From: Obrimoposthia wandeli
Lineage: Eukaryota
Length of the DNA: 64,000 nucleotides
Assembly (NCBI GenBank): GCA_977020255.1
Contig: CDROCS010000506.1
Span: 2,108,001-2,172,000, forward strand
Direction of reading: 5' to 3'
The notes beneath the pieces were generated by a model that saw nothing but the letters and a program-made list of their open reading frames with translations, had not been told where the DNA came from and did not search any database. The stretch's first letter is position 1. Each line of letters opens with the position of its first letter. Shown in pieces: positions 23,761-36,138 of the stretch. The position numbers and the translations under genes are program-made.

Positions 23761-23784
23761 ATCTTCTTACAAACTCTATGATGT

Positions 23785-23860
23785 GGGGCTATAGCTCAGC
23801 TGGGAGAGCGCCTGCCTTGCACGCAGGAGGTCTGCGGTTCGATCCCGCATAGCTCCACCA
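23785..23860 (+). tRNA. tRNA-Ala(TGC)
   Basis: GGGGCTATAGCTCAGCTGGGAGAGC...TTGCAC...CTCCACCA. Confidence 0.97.
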
Positions 23861-24080
23861 CATCATAGTTGTTAAAATTCAAAGCTAAGCAAGCTTAATG
23901 CTTATCTTTGCTTTTTAGCAAATTGCTCTTTAAAAATTTGGAAAGCTGAATAAATAAAGAAGTTCTTAAAACACGTTATTACTTCGGTAATGACAATAAA
24001 GTGTTCTTGAGTATTCTTGAGGCGAAAAAAACTAGATAATACCTAGTTATTTCAATTGTACGGTCTACTTTAGATTGTAT

Positions 24081-25948
24081 GGTCAAGTGACCAAGCGTGC
24101 ACGGTGGATGCCTTGGCAGTCAGAGGCGATGAAGGACGTGGTAATCTGCGAAAAGCTCGGGGGAGTCGATAAACAAGCGTTAATCCCGAGATGTCCGAAT
24201 GGGGAAACCCAATTTACTATAAGGTATCGTAACGTGAATACATAGCGTTACGAAGCGAACCGGGAGAACTGGAAACATCTAAGTACCCCGAGGAAAAGAA
24301 ATCAATAGAGATACCCCTAGTAGCGGCGAGCGAACGGGTCCCAGCCCTTAAGCAGTTTGGAAGTTAGTGGAAGAATCTGGAAAGTTTCACGATACAGGGT
24401 GATAGTCCTGCACATGAAAACGACCTTACTGTGAAATCGAGTAGGACGGCACACGTGATATGCTGTTTGAATATGGGGAGGACCATCCTCCAAGGCTAAA
24501 TACTCCTGACTGACCGATAGTGAACCAGTACCGTGAGGGAAAGGCGAAAAGAACCCCTGTGAGGGGAGTGAAATAGATCCTGAAACCGTGTACGTACAAG
24601 CAGTGGGAGCGGACTTGTTCCGTGACTGCGTACCTTTTGTATAATGGGTCAACGACTTATTTTCAGTAGCAAGGTTAAGCATGTAGTGGAGCCGTAGGGA
24701 AACCGAGTCTTAATAGGGCGTTTAGTTGCTGGGAATAGACCCGAAACCCGGTGATCTCAGAGCCATGGGCAGGTTGAAGGTTGAGTAACATCAACTGGAG
24801 GACCGAACCGACTAATGTTGAAAAAATTAGCGGATGACTTGTGGCTGGGGGTGAAAGGCCAATCAAACCGGGAGATAGCTGGTTCTCCTCGAAAGCTATT
24901 TAGGTAGCGCCTCGCGTCTAACTATTGGGGTAGAGCACTGTTAAGGCTAGGGTCATCCCGACTTACCAACCCTTTGCAAACTCCGAATACCAATAAGTTC
25001 AATCGCGGGAGACACACGGCGGGTGCTAACGTCCGTCGTGGAAAGGGAAACAACCCAGACCGTCAGCTAAGGTCCCAAAGTGTATGTTAAGTGGGAACGA
25101 TGTGGAAAGGCTCAGACAGCCAGGAAGTTGGCTTAGAAGCAGCCATCTTTTAAAGAAAGCGTAATAGCTCACTGGTCGAGTCGGTCTGCGCGGAAGATTT
25201 AATTCGGGCTAAACATACCACCGAAGGCTACGGATGCAAGACTTGTTCTTGCATGGTAGAGGAGCGTTCTGTAAGCCGTTGAAGGTGAGTTGAGAAGCTT
25301 GCTGGAGGTATCAGAAGTGCGAATGTTGACATGAGTAACGATAATGGGGGTGAAAACCTCCACGCCGAAAGACCAAGGTTCCCCGTCCAACGTTAATCGG
25401 GCAGGGTGAGTCGACTCTAAGGCGAGGCCGAAAGGCGTAGTCGATGGGAAACTGGTTAATATTCCAGTACTCGCTTATATTGCGATGGGGTGACGGAGAA
25501 GGTTAGGCTAGCATGGCGATGGTTGTCCATGTTTAAGGTAGTAGGCAAGTGACTTAGCAAATCCGGTCGCTCTCTTTAGTGAGAATGCTTGAGAACTGAT
25601 GACGAGTCTCTACGGAGATGAAGTAGTTGATACCGGGAAAACCTCTAAGCTTCAGATATGAGAGAATCGCACCAAACCGGACACAGGTGGTTAGGTAGAG
25701 AATACCAAGGCGCTTGAGAGAACTCGGGTGAAGGAACTAGGCAAAATGGTACCGTAACTCGGAGAAGGTACGCCAATGATGGTGAAGGACTTGCTCCGTA
25801 AGCTATTGTTGGTCGCAGAGAAATGGTGGCCGCAACTGTTTATTAAAAACACAGCACTGTGCAAAATCGAAAGATGACGTATACGGTGTGACGCCTGCCC
25901 GGTGCCGGAAGGTTAATTGATTGGGTTAGACTTAGGTCGAAGCTCATG

Positions 25949-26047
<99 letters not shown>

Positions 26048-26457
26048 GGCCACGCTGTCTCCACCCGAGACTCAGTGAAATTGAAATCGCTGTTAAGATG
26101 CAGTGTACCTATGGCTAGACGGAAAGACCCCGTGAACCTTTACTATAGCTTGGCACTGAACATTGAACCTACATGTGTAGGATAGGTGAGACTGTAACAT
26201 TGTCGCCAGATGATGTGGAGTCTACCTTGAAATACTCCACCCTTGTACGTTTGATGTTCTAAGCCCTTATCGCTGGGTGGACAGTGTCTGCGCAGTTTGA
26301 CTGGGGCGGTCTCTCCAAAGAGTAACGGAGGAGCACGAAGGTTGGCTAAACATGGTTGGACATCATGTGGTTAGTGCAAAGCGCATAATAGCTTAATTGC
26401 GAGACAGACAATACCGAGCAGGTACGAAAGTAGGCCTTAGTGATCCGGTGGTTCTGA

Positions 26458-26500
<43 letters not shown>

Positions 26501-26588
26501 CAGGTTGATACCGCCCAAGAGTTCATATCGACGGCGGTGTTTGGCACCTCCTGATGTCGGCTCATCACATCCTGGGGCTAAAGCCGTT

Positions 26589-26620
<32 letters not shown>

Positions 26621-26952
26621 TGGTACGCGAGCTGGGTTTAGAACGTCGTGAGACAGTTCGGTCCCTATTCGCCGTGGGCGTTTGAGAATTGAGAGGAGCT
26701 GCTCCTAGTACGAGAGGACTGGAGTGGACGAACCACTGGTGTTCGGGTTGTTATGCCAATAGCATTGCCCGGTAGCTAAGTTCGAACTGATAACCGCTGA
26801 AAGCATCTAAGGGAAGCAGGCCTCGAGATGAGTTCTCACTGAGCTTTAAGCTCTCTAAAGAGCCGTTCGAGACTAGGACGTTGATAGGCAAGGTGTGTAA
26901 GCGTTGTGAGGCGTTGAGCTAACTTGTACTAATGACTCGTGAGGCTTAACCA
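24081..26952 (+). rRNA. rrl: 23S rRNA, operon 2 (indel-rich, mosaic)
   Basis: Colinear with 1529-4429 but about 29 nt shorter, with scattered indels and substitution patches. Confidence 0.95.
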
Positions 26953-27084
26953 TACAAATTAAAGTATGATTAATTGAAATATCGACTTAAGAATAGATTG
27001 AACACTTTATGTTTTAAAGACTTTTTATTTATAGCTTTTCAGATTAAAACGAAGTGAAAACTTCTATAGAAAGCAAACCAGATT

Positions 27085-27200
27085 TGCTTGGTGACCATAG
27101 TGTTGGTACCACCTGATTCCATTCCGAACTCAGTAGTGAAACGTAATAACGCCGATGGTAGTGTGGGGCTTCCCATGTGAGAGTAGGGCATCGCCAAGCG
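27085..27200 (+). rRNA. rrf: 5S rRNA, operon 2
   Basis: Near-identical to 4563-4681 with 3 nt missing. Confidence 0.95.
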
Positions 27201-27291
27201 CCACTTTTTAATTCAAGGCCAGTCGAGACTACAATCAAGGTGTAAACCTTGTATAAAGAATAGACTGATATTATATCAGCACAGATTGTGC

Positions 27292-27364
27292 GGAGTGTAG
27301 TTCAGTTGGTTAGAATACCGGCCTGTCACGCCGGGGTCGCGAGCGAGTCTCGTCCACTCCGCCA
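27292..27364 (+). tRNA. tRNA-Asp(GTC), 4 nt missing including TT of the T-loop
   Basis: GGAGTG.TAGTTCAGTTGGTTAGAATACCGGCCTGTCACGCCGG...CACTCCGCCA; 73 nt versus the canonical 77. Confidence 0.8.
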
Positions 27365-27370
27365 ACTAAT

Positions 27371-27403
27371 AAAGAGACCTGAATCATTGATTCAGGTCTC
27401 TTT
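27371..27403 (+). terminator. Terminator after tRNA-Asp
   Basis: AAAGAGACCTGAATC-att-GATTCAGGTCTCTTT, perfect 15-bp stem. Confidence 0.9.
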
Positions 27404-27441
27404 ATGCCTGAAATTTAGGCATACAGAAACACAGATTGTAC

Positions 27442-27546
27442 GGAGTGGTAGTTCAGTTGGTTAGACTCTCTATAAAAGACAAGCAGGCCTGTCACGCCGG
27501 GGCGCGAGTTGTGACTTGTAAAAAAGTCGTCCACTCTCCTTTGCCA
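27442..27546 (+). pseudogene. Disrupted tRNA-Asp(GTC), copy 2
   Basis: tRNA-Asp 5' end, anticodon arm and 3' end interrupted by three AT-rich insertions; followed by a degenerate copy of the same terminator. Confidence 0.75.
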
Positions 27547-27624
27547 ACTAATAAAGAAACCTGAATCATTAATTCAGTTTTTTTTTGTGCCTGAAATTCA
27601 GGGATACAAAAATACAGATTGTAC

Positions 27625-27648
27625 GGAGTGGAAGTTCAGTTGGTTAGA
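27625..27648 (+). pseudogene. Truncated tRNA-Asp, copy 3
   Basis: GGAGTGGAAGTTCAGTTGGTTAGA only, after the same ACAGATTGTAC leader. Confidence 0.7.
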
Positions 27649-28042
27649 CTATTTACAAAAAAGAGGCTTTTTTTGTGCCTAAAATTCATTCTAATCACTC
27701 CCCCCTATGTTGATGTAAATCTGTACACTGCCCCTTCGCGAGTTAGTCACTCCTTATCAAAAAAAAATCTGAAAAATCTGAGCTGATTTTACTGTGGTGC
27801 ACGATTTTTGGCAATTACATGATGTATTTATTTTCAATATTAAAGCGTGATTTCTGCTTATCTTGGATAAAACTAAGCTATTGAACTTAATGTGGATTAA
27901 ATTTTTTTATAAAAATACATATTGTTAGCGGTATCATTTTTTTGGCGTTTTTTTCTTATCCCAATATATTGTTGTTGACTTAAAATTGATGATCATTAGA
28001 ATACCGCGCAATTTGTCAATAAAAAAAGAAATTGGAGAGTTC

Positions 28043-29317
28043 GTGGCTGCACAAAATGACTATTCTTTAGGACCAGTTCCTAAATCAGAAAGAAAAGGTT
28101 TTATCGCACTATCATTGGTTATGCTTGGGCTTACTTTTTTCTCTGCAAGTATGTGGACTGGTGGTACGCTCGGCACTGGACTTTCTTATGATGATTTCTT
28201 CTATGCTGTATTACTTGGTAATTTAATCCTCGGTATCTATACTGCTTTCCTTGGTTATATCGGTACTAAGACAGGTCTTTCAACGCACTTGCTAGCACGT
28301 TATTCATTTGGTACTAAGGGGTCATACATCCCGTCTATCTTACTTGGTGGTACTCAGGTGGGTTGGTTTGGCGTTGGTGTTGCTATGTTTGCATTACCTG
28401 TACAAAAAGCACTGTTGGGTGAAATGGGCGTCGTGCTTGATGTAAATACCATCATCGTGATTGCTGGACTGTTAATGACTGTGACTGTTTATTTTGGTAT
28501 TTCAGCGCTGATGGTATTAAGTTTTATTGCTGTTCCTGCCATTGCGATTTTAGGTGGCTATTCAGTTTATCTTGCGGTGAATGATCTAGGTGGTATTGCT
28601 GAGATGCAAAAAATCGTTCCTGCTGTTGATAAGCAAATCGATTTTAATACAGCGCTTGCTCTAGTTATTGGCTCATTTATTAGTGCAGGTACATTGACCG
28701 CTGACTTTGTCCGTTTTGGTCGTAAACCAATGGCAGCAGTTGCTATCACGCTTATTGCCTTCTTCATTGGTAACTCATTAATGTTTATCTTTGGCGCCGC
28801 AGGTGCCGCTGCAACAGGCTTTGCTGATATATCTGATGTAATGATGACGCAGGGATTATTAATTCCAGCTATTATCGTATTAGGTCTGAATATCTGGACA
28901 ACAAATGATAATGCGCTTTATGCATCCGGTTTAGGCTTTTCAAATGTAACCGGCATAGACAGTAAAAAATTAGCAATGATAAATGGTGTGATTGGTACTA
29001 TATTTGCGCTTTGGTTATATAATAATTTTGTGGGTTGGTTGTCATTTTTAAGTGCTGCGATCCCACCAATTGGCGGTGTACTTATTGCCGATTACTTCTT
29101 AATCCACCGTGGTCAGTATGCTGAATTTGCAAAGGCTGAATTCGAAACGATTCGCTGGCAGGCTCTTATTGCTGTTGCTGCTGGTATCGCAGCTGGTCAA
29201 CTATTACCAGGTGTTGTACCTGTTAATGCCGTTATCGGTGGTGCTATTGCTTACTTCGTTTGTTGTAAACTCATGGCCTCTAAATCAATTAATACTACTA
29301 AAAAGAGTGACGCGTAA
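28043..29317 (+). CDS. codB: Cytosine permease
   Basis: NCS1 transporter similar to E. coli CodB ([21 protein letters not shown]); start moved to GTG 28043 with SD GGAG. Confidence 0.94.
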   Translation: MAAQNDYSLGPVPKSERKGFIALSLVMLGLTFFSASMWTGGTLGTGLSYDDFFYAVLLGNLILGIYTAFLGYIGTKTGLSTHLLARYSFGTKGSYIPSILLGGTQVGWFGVGVAMFALPVQKALLGEMGVVLDVNTIIVIAGLLMTVTVYFGISALMVLSFIAVPAIAILGGYSVYLAVNDLGGIAEMQKIVPAVDKQIDFNTALALVIGSFISAGTLTADFVRFGRKPMAAVAITLIAFFIGNSLMFIFGAAGAAATGFADISDVMMTQGLLIPAIIVLGLNIWTTNDNALYASGLGFSNVTGIDSKKLAMINGVIGTIFALWLYNNFVGWLSFLSAAIPPIGGVLIADYFLIHRGQYAEFAKAEFETIRWQALIAVAAGIAAGQLLPGVVPVNAVIGGAIAYFVCCKLMASKSINTTKKSDA

Positions 29318-30591
29318 TGCCGACTTTAATTAAAAATGTGCAACTTTACCGAAATAACAAATTTGTCGATATTCGTATTGAGAATGGTATTTTTTCTGCT
29401 ATCAAACCGTGTGGCGAATTAGATGGTACTGATTGCGATATTATTGATGGTGAAGGCGGCTTAGCGACTCCTCCATTCGTTGAACCACATGTGCATTTAG
29501 ATACAACACAAACAGCGGGTGAGCCTAACTGGAACATGTCAGGTACGTTATTTGAAGGTATCGAGCGTTGGTCTGAGCGTAAAGCTATGCTGACGCATGA
29601 AGATGTGAAGAAACGTGCAACGACTACGTTAAAATGGCAAATCGCCAACGGTATTCAGTACGTTCGTACCCACGTTGATGTATCTGATCCTGAGTTGATT
29701 GCACTTAAGGCGTTACTTGAGTTACGTGAAGAGCTAAAAGAGTTTATTGAAATTCAAATTGTAGCTTTTCCACAAGAAGGCATTAATTCTTTTCCAAACG
29801 GTAAAGAAATTATGCGTAAAGCTGTGGAAATGGGTGCTGATGTTATTGGCGCTATCCCACATTTTGAATTTAGTCGTGAATATGCAATCGACTCGCTACA
29901 TTTTATCTTCGATTTGGCGCAAGAATTTGACTGTCTTATCGATGTGCACTGTGATGAAATTGATGATGAACAATCACGTTTCGTGGAAACAGTGGCAACA
30001 TTGGCACATGAAAAGAAAATGGGTCATCGTGTAACAGCAAGTCATACTACGGCAATGCATTCTTATAATGACGCTTATGCTTCTCGCTTATTCCGTTTGT
30101 TGAAAATGTCAGGTATTAGTTTCGTTGCTAATCCACTGGTAAACATTCATTTACAAGGTCGCTTTGATTCTTATCCTAAGCGTCGTGGTATTACCCGTGT
30201 GAAAGAAATGCTAGCGGCTAATATTAACGTTTGTTTCGGCCATGATGATATCTTCGATCCTTGGTACCCGTTAGGTACTGCGAATATGCTACAAGTGACG
30301 CACATGGGTCTGCATGTTTGTCAGATCATGGGTTATGATCAAATTGATCAGTCATTAAAATTAATTACTGATTACAGTGCACAAACATTAAATATTCAAG
30401 ATCGTTATGGTATTGAAGAAGGTAAGCCTGGTAACTTAGTTATTTTACCAGCTGACTCTGGTTATGATGCAATTCGACGTCAGACTGCACCACGTTATGT
30501 TATTCGAGCGGGTAAAATACTTGCTGAAACAAAACCGAGTGTAACGCATATCAATTTACCTGAGTTCGAGGCGATTAACTTTAAACGTTAA
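29317..30591 (+). CDS. codA: Cytosine deaminase
   Basis: [26 protein letters not shown] motifs; TAATG coupling with codB. Confidence 0.96.
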   Translation: MPTLIKNVQLYRNNKFVDIRIENGIFSAIKPCGELDGTDCDIIDGEGGLATPPFVEPHVHLDTTQTAGEPNWNMSGTLFEGIERWSERKAMLTHEDVKKRATTTLKWQIANGIQYVRTHVDVSDPELIALKALLELREELKEFIEIQIVAFPQEGINSFPNGKEIMRKAVEMGADVIGAIPHFEFSREYAIDSLHFIFDLAQEFDCLIDVHCDEIDDEQSRFVETVATLAHEKKMGHRVTASHTTAMHSYNDAYASRLFRLLKMSGISFVANPLVNIHLQGRFDSYPKRRGITRVKEMLAANINVCFGHDDIFDPWYPLGTANMLQVTHMGLHVCQIMGYDQIDQSLKLITDYSAQTLNIQDRYGIEEGKPGNLVILPADSGYDAIRRQTAPRYVIRAGKILAETKPSVTHINLPEFEAINFKR

Positions 30592-30613
30592 TCTGATTTA
30601 CTCAGTTATATCT

Positions 30614-30642
30614 AATACCGCCCATTGAGGCGGTATTTTTTT
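30614..30642 (+). terminator. codBA terminator
   Basis: AATACCGCC-cattga-GGCGGTATT followed by a T run. Confidence 0.9.
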
Positions 30643-30731
30643 GTCTTTTATAAATTTAATGATTTGTTTCGTTTCAGTTGACTCGGAGTTGCAGTAAACT
30701 AACCGCTTAAACTGATATTAAGGACAGCTCG

Positions 30732-31487
30732 ATGACAGACAAATCAAATAACACCACGCATTTTGGTTATAAAACCGTAGAATCTGACCAAAAGGTCGAT
30801 ATGGTTGCGAGTGTGTTTCATTCAGTAGCAGCTAAATATGATGTAATGAATGATCTTATGTCTATGGGTATTCATCGACTATGGAAACGTTTTACGATTG
30901 ATTGCAGTGGTGTAAGACCTGGCCATAAGGTATTAGATCTCGCCGGTGGCACTGGTGATTTAACCGCTAAGTTTTCACGCATTGTTGGCGACACTGGTTC
31001 TGTTACGTTAGCTGATATTAATGACTCAATGCTAAAAGTCGGCCGTGCTAAATTACGAGACCTTGGTGTTGTGGGTAATGTGACTTATGTGCAAGCCAAT
31101 GCCGAAGAACTACCTTTTCCAGATAATCACTTTGATTTGATTACGATTGCATTCGGTCTACGTAATGTAACAGATAAAGATAAAGCATTAGCGTCGATGT
31201 TCCGTGTATTAAAGCCGGGTGGACGTTTGTTAGTGCTAGAATTCTCAAAACCAGATTCTGAAGCGTTGAATAAAGTTTATGATTTCTATTCATTCAATAT
31301 TTTGCCTAAGATGGGCGAATTAATTGCTGATGATGGCGATAGTTACCAATATCTAGCTGAATCAATCCGTATGCACCCTAATCAAGAAACATTAAAAGGC
31401 ATGATGGAAACGGTTGGTTTTGAAAGTGTTGAATACCATAATTTAACCGGTGGTATTGTTGCTCTGCATCGTGGTTATAAATTCTAA
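30732..31487 (+). CDS. ubiE: Ubiquinone/menaquinone C-methyltransferase
   Basis: [28 protein letters not shown] motifs. Confidence 0.98.
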   Translation: MTDKSNNTTHFGYKTVESDQKVDMVASVFHSVAAKYDVMNDLMSMGIHRLWKRFTIDCSGVRPGHKVLDLAGGTGDLTAKFSRIVGDTGSVTLADINDSMLKVGRAKLRDLGVVGNVTYVQANAEELPFPDNHFDLITIAFGLRNVTDKDKALASMFRVLKPGGRLLVLEFSKPDSEALNKVYDFYSFNILPKMGELIADDGDSYQYLAESIRMHPNQETLKGMMETVGFESVEYHNLTGGIVALHRGYKF

Positions 31488-31490
31488 GGG

Positions 31491-32108
31491 ATGCTCATGC
31501 CAATCGAAATGCTTGTTACTGCTGGAATTGAAACGTTATTGAATCAATTATTAAAAGCAGATGCTAATGCGGTAGACAAGATCGCGTCATTAAAAGGCAA
31601 GGTACTTAAGGTTAATATTGCCGAGTTACCTAAGCCATTATATTTTATTTTCTCATCTCAGATTGATGTATTAGCCAAATATGATGGTGATGCTGACTGC
31701 TGTATGGATATAAAGTTATCGAGTCTATCCCGCTTACAAGATAGTTCACAATTCACTGCGCTGATAAAAGAAGGTGAATTGGATATGCGTGGCGATCCTA
31801 TGGTGGCAAGCAAATTTAGCATTATTCTAAAAGAGCTAGATATTGACTGGGAAGAGCACTTATCTCGCTATACCGGTGATGTTGCTGCGCATAAATTATT
31901 GCAAGGTGCGAAATCAAGCCAAGCTTGGCTGCAAAATAATATGACGATCGCACGTCATAATATTGCTGAGTATATAATTGAAGAAATACGTTTAGCCCCT
32001 GGTGCGCTAGAAATTGCTAACTTCTGTGATGAAGTCGGTGAACTAGAGCAGCAATGCAAGCAATTTGAAATGCGTTTAGCCTTACTCTCACGTAAGGAAG
32101 ATGCGTAA
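31491..32108 (+). CDS. ubiJ: Ubiquinone biosynthesis accessory factor (SCP2 domain)
   Basis: Position between ubiE and ubiB, DWEEHLS..GDV motif; start may be 31497. Confidence 0.9.
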   Translation: MLMPIEMLVTAGIETLLNQLLKADANAVDKIASLKGKVLKVNIAELPKPLYFIFSSQIDVLAKYDGDADCCMDIKLSSLSRLQDSSQFTALIKEGELDMRGDPMVASKFSIILKELDIDWEEHLSRYTGDVAAHKLLQGAKSSQAWLQNNMTIARHNIAEYIIEEIRLAPGALEIANFCDEVGELEQQCKQFEMRLALLSRKEDA

Positions 32109-33749
32109 ATGACAGTCGTTGAGCTTAAGCGTTTTTATCATATCCAAAAGATTGTATTAGAATATGGTCTTGATGAGTTGTTGCCGACACAGTTAAAACC
32201 TTTGTCTGCCCGACTCGCTAGAAAATCAATTTTTTGGATTAAAAATCAGCATTCTGACAAGTCATCTGCAGAGCGAGTTAAATTAGCACTACAGCAGCTC
32301 GGTCCAGTTTTCATTAAATTCGGACAGATGTTATCAACTCGTCGTGATCTACTGCCGCAAGAATTTGCTGAACAACTGGCGATGCTGCAAGATCAAGTAC
32401 CACCGTTTGACAGTCAATTAGCGATGCAGCAAATTGAATTAGCGTTAGGTAAACCAATTACTGACGTGTTTGATGACTTTGATCCAATCCCGCTTGCTTC
32501 GGCATCTATTGCCCAAGTACATACAGCTAAGCTTAAAAGTAACAATGAAGAAGTCGTCATAAAAATTATTCGACCAGATATCGAGCCGATTATTCGTGCC
32601 GATACCCAGTTGATGAAGCGACTATCGAAAGTGTTATTAAAATTAGTCCCTGAAGCAGTGCGTTTGAGACCTTTGGAAGTCGTGCTCGATTATGAGAAAA
32701 CCATTCTTGATGAATTAAATCTCGAGCGTGAAGCGGCCAATGCGACTCAATTACGTCGTAATTTCCTTGATTCTAAAGAATTATACGTACCTGAAATATA
32801 TGCTGATTACAGTCATAAAAACATGATTGTGATGGAGCGTATTTATGGTATTCCAGTATCTGATATTGCGGCGCTAGAAGCACAGGGTACTAACATGAAA
32901 TTACTTGCGGAGCGAGGGGTTGAAACATTCTTCACCCAGGTTTTCCGTGATAGTTTTTTCCATGCAGATATGCACCCCGGTAATGTGTTTGTTGATTATA
33001 GGACGCCTGAAGATCCGCGTTGGATTGGTATTGATTGCGGTATCGTTGGTACTTTAAATCGTGAAGATAAACGTTATTTAGCAGAAAATTTACTGGCCTT
33101 TTTCCATCGTGATTATCGTAAAGTTGCTGAATTACATGTCGATTCTGGTTGGGTACCATCACATGTGGATGTGAATGATTTCGAATTTGCGATCCGTACT
33201 GTTTGCGATCCTATTTTTGAAAAGCCATTAGCAGAAATATCATTTGGCCATGTACTCGTTAACTTATTTGCTACTGCACGTAAGTTTGATATGACAGTGC
33301 AGCCGCAATTAGTACTATTGCAAAAAACATTATTATACATTGAAGGATTAGGTCGTCAGCTCTATCCTCAGCTAGACTTATGGGATACGGCAAAGCCTTT
33401 CCTTGAGCGCTGGGTGAAAGAACAAATGGGCCCTCAAGCGGTATTTTCTGCAGTAAAACAACGTGCGCCATTTTGGGCTGAAAAATTACCAGAATTACCA
33501 GAGTTAGTGTTTGATACATTAACGAAGGCAACCAAGCAACAAGCTAAGTTAGATAAACTGTTCACTCAAGCTGAACAATTTACTCAAAACCAAGCGCAGT
33601 CAGGTAAAGGACGTTATTTACTGAGTGTGGGTGGTGTAATTATGCTTTGTGCCGCAATCGTGTATCATCCAGATTCGGCATCGTTAGCATTAACGCTAGC
33701 GAGTATCGGCTTTGGGATCACTGTACTTGGGTGGTTCAAGCTGAAATAG
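32109..33749 (+). CDS. ubiB: Ubiquinone biosynthesis kinase-like protein
   Basis: [35 protein letters not shown]. Confidence 0.97.
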   Translation: MTVVELKRFYHIQKIVLEYGLDELLPTQLKPLSARLARKSIFWIKNQHSDKSSAERVKLALQQLGPVFIKFGQMLSTRRDLLPQEFAEQLAMLQDQVPPFDSQLAMQQIELALGKPITDVFDDFDPIPLASASIAQVHTAKLKSNNEEVVIKIIRPDIEPIIRADTQLMKRLSKVLLKLVPEAVRLRPLEVVLDYEKTILDELNLEREAANATQLRRNFLDSKELYVPEIYADYSHKNMIVMERIYGIPVSDIAALEAQGTNMKLLAERGVETFFTQVFRDSFFHADMHPGNVFVDYRTPEDPRWIGIDCGIVGTLNREDKRYLAENLLAFFHRDYRKVAELHVDSGWVPSHVDVNDFEFAIRTVCDPIFEKPLAEISFGHVLVNLFATARKFDMTVQPQLVLLQKTLLYIEGLGRQLYPQLDLWDTAKPFLERWVKEQMGPQAVFSAVKQRAPFWAEKLPELPELVFDTLTKATKQQAKLDKLFTQAEQFTQNQAQSGKGRYLLSVGGVIMLCAAIVYHPDSASLALTLASIGFGITVLGWFKLK

Positions 33750-33871
33750 CTGGCTTGAAAAGGTCGGTTAAATTTATCGTAGATCAGAGTGTAGTAAATA
33801 TGTAGTCTATATACTGTATACTGATCAATATTAATAATGACGTATTCAATTACATAAAATAAGGTTTTATC

Positions 33872-34117
33872 ATGGGCGGAATCAGTGTTACTCAGTTAAT
33901 TATCATTGCTGTAATTATTCTTTTGTTATTTGGAACGAAGAAGTTACGTAATGTTGGTGGTGATTTAGGCGCGGCAGTTAAAGGCTTTAAAAAAGCGATG
34001 GGTGACGACGCTAAAGATACCAAAGCAGAAAGTAAAGTATTAGAAGAAACGACAGCAGCAAAAACAGATGTAACTAAAGACACAACAGAAACAAAAAAAG
34101 ATAAAGAACAGGCGTAA
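33872..34117 (+). CDS. tatA: Twin-arginine translocase subunit A
   Basis: [28 protein letters not shown]. Confidence 0.97.
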   Translation: MGGISVTQLIIIAVIILLLFGTKKLRNVGGDLGAAVKGFKKAMGDDAKDTKAESKVLEETTAAKTDVTKDTTETKKDKEQA

Positions 34118-34120
34118 TCT

Positions 34121-34501
34121 ATGTTTGATATCGGATTTTGGGAGATTGTAGTTATCTCAGTTCTGGGCCTATTAGTATTAGGACCAGAACGGTTACCTGT
34201 GGCTATAAAAACAGTCAGCACTTGGGTGAAAACCATTAAAAGTGCAGCGAACTCAGTAAAAGACGAATTGTCACATGAATTGAAAATTCAAGAAATGCAT
34301 GACAATTTGAAAAAAGCTGAGCAGCAAGGCATGAACAATATTAGCCCTGAACTACAAGACTCTATTGATTCTTTACGTGATGCAGCTGCCTCGGTGACGC
34401 GTCCTTATGCGGATGCTGAGTCATCGACTGCAACCTCTACATCGACGGTTGAACAGGCGCCTAAAATAGCTGAGCAAGCTATCGAACAGGATAAAAAATA
34501 A
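34121..34501 (+). CDS. tatB: Twin-arginine translocase subunit B
   Basis: MFDIGFWE...LGPERLP. Confidence 0.97.
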   Translation: MFDIGFWEIVVISVLGLLVLGPERLPVAIKTVSTWVKTIKSAANSVKDELSHELKIQEMHDNLKKAEQQGMNNISPELQDSIDSLRDAAASVTRPYADAESSTATSTSTVEQAPKIAEQAIEQDKK

Positions 34502-35257
34502 ATGGCAGCAGATCCAAATACTCAGCCTTTGATTACTCATTTAATCGAGCTGAGGGATCGGTTATTGCGTGCTAGTGCCGCAATTATCGTTGTCTTCATT
34601 TCGTTAGTATACTTTGCTAATGATATTTATCAGTTGGTTTCAGCGCCTTTGATTGCGCAACTACCTGCTGGCACAAGTATGATTGCAACAGATGTAGCGA
34701 CGCCATTTTTCACGCCAATAAAGTTAACTTTGGTTGCTTCTTCATTTATTGCTATCCCTTGGGTTTTATATCAAATTTGGGGCTTTATCGCGCCTGGTTT
34801 ATATAAACATGAGAAAAAATTAATTGCGCCACTGGTCATCAGCAGTGCATTACTGTTTTATTTGGGTGTGGCTTTTTCTTACTTTATTGTATTCCCATTA
34901 GCATTTGAATTTTTTGCTAGTGTCGCTCCTGAAGGGGTTACATTTGCGCCCGATATTAGTAGTTATCTTGATTTCGTATTAAAGATATTTTTTGCATTTG
35001 GTTTGGCATTTGAAATTCCAATTGCGACATTAGTATTATGTTGGACTGGTGCGACAACGCCTGAAAGTTTACGTAAAAAACGCCCTTATATTGTCGTGGC
35101 AGCGTTCATTGTGGGTATGCTATTAACACCACCTGATATTATTTCACAAACATTATTAGCTATTCCTATGTTGCTATTGTTTGAGTTAGGTTTATTATTT
35201 TCTCGTTTTTACGTTAAACAGGACGAGATAAAAGATGAAGAAGCAGGAACTGATTGA
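34502..35257 (+). CDS. tatC: Twin-arginine translocase subunit C
   Basis: HLIELR.RL, FIAPGLY..E, LTPPD motifs. Confidence 0.97.
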   Translation: MAADPNTQPLITHLIELRDRLLRASAAIIVVFISLVYFANDIYQLVSAPLIAQLPAGTSMIATDVATPFFTPIKLTLVASSFIAIPWVLYQIWGFIAPGLYKHEKKLIAPLVISSALLFYLGVAFSYFIVFPLAFEFFASVAPEGVTFAPDISSYLDFVLKIFFAFGLAFEIPIATLVLCWTGATTPESLRKKRPYIVVAAFIVGMLLTPPDIISQTLLAIPMLLLFELGLLFSRFYVKQDEIKDEEAGTD

Positions 35258-36038
35258 TATAGGCGTTAATTTAACAAACGTTGCTTTTCACAAAGATTTA
35301 CCTGATGTTATAGCGCGTGCCTCTGCCCAAGGGGTGCGCCGTTTAATTGTTACTGGCACGGATATCGCCGAAAGCCAGCTTGCCTATCAACTTACTCAAG
35401 ATTACCCCCAACAACTTTATGCTACAGCAGGTATTCATCCACATGATGCACGTCATGCGACAGATGAAAGCTGGCTGCAAATTAAAACATTAGCGCAGCA
35501 TGACAGTGTGGTTGCTATTGGTGAATGTGGACTTGATTTTAATCGTGATTTTTCGCCTCGCCCGATGCAAGAAGCTGCTTTTGCCAAACAGTTGGAGCTG
35601 GCTGCAGAATTAAACATGCCGGTATTCATGCATGAACGCGATGCTAATGAACGTTTTATTGCCATCCTTAAAGAGTATCGTTCTGCGTTACCAGCTGCTG
35701 TTCTGCACTGTTTTACTGGTTCTGCTAGTGATCTTGCCGCCTGTCTAGAGCTAGATTTGCATATTGGTATTACTGGCTGGATCTGCGATGAACGCCGTGG
35801 CGCTGATTTATATCAGTTAGTCCGAGAAATCCCTAGCGACCGATTAATGCTAGAGACTGATGCGCCTTATTTGTTACCGCGTGATTTAAAGCCTAAACCT
35901 AAGTCTCGTCGTAATGAACCTTGCCACTTACCGCATATCGCAGAGACCATCGCCAGAGCGCGTGGAGAGGATATTGATACTTTACTGAGTCGTAGCTTAC
36001 ACGTGACGGAACAGTTCTTCCGACTACCAAAGCTGTGA
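35235..36038 (+). CDS. tatD: TatD-family DNase
   Basis: DIGVNL, GIHPH, GECGLD, HER, HCFTG, ETDAP. Confidence 0.95.
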   Translation: MKKQELIDIGVNLTNVAFHKDLPDVIARASAQGVRRLIVTGTDIAESQLAYQLTQDYPQQLYATAGIHPHDARHATDESWLQIKTLAQHDSVVAIGECGLDFNRDFSPRPMQEAAFAKQLELAAELNMPVFMHERDANERFIAILKEYRSALPAAVLHCFTGSASDLAACLELDLHIGITGWICDERRGADLYQLVREIPSDRLMLETDAPYLLPRDLKPKPKSRRNEPCHLPHIAETIARARGEDIDTLLSRSLHVTEQFFRLPKL

Positions 36039-36084
36039 TGATTATCACTGCTATTCATTTTATTGTTGGACTGTTGTAGACAAA

Positions 36085-36124
36085 ACCGACTATTCAGTCT
36101 ATTTTAATTGACTAACTAGTCGGT
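36085..36124. promoter_or_regulatory. Two TetR-type operator palindromes upstream of the aldehyde dehydrogenase gene
   Basis: ACCGAC-TA-TTCAGT (36085-98) and ACTAAC-TA-GTCGGT (36111-24), variants of ACCGACTAGTCGGT, around a TAGACA-17-TATTTT promoter. Confidence 0.65.
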
Positions 36125-36138
36125 TTTTATATTGAGGC

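Larger units (their letters stand above)
27281..27690 (+). repeat. Three tandem leader-tRNA-Asp-terminator units
   Basis: Units begin ACAGATTGT at 27281, 27431 and 27614. Confidence 0.85.

Noticed and set aside
27700-28042. PurR box or UTP-sensing reiterative-transcription site for codBA
   Set aside because: T tracts are present, but I could not place a convincing promoter at the right distance, and no PurR palindrome is seen.
35235-35257. 23-nt tatC/tatD overlap
   Set aside because: Ordinary operon overlap or uncertain start choice.
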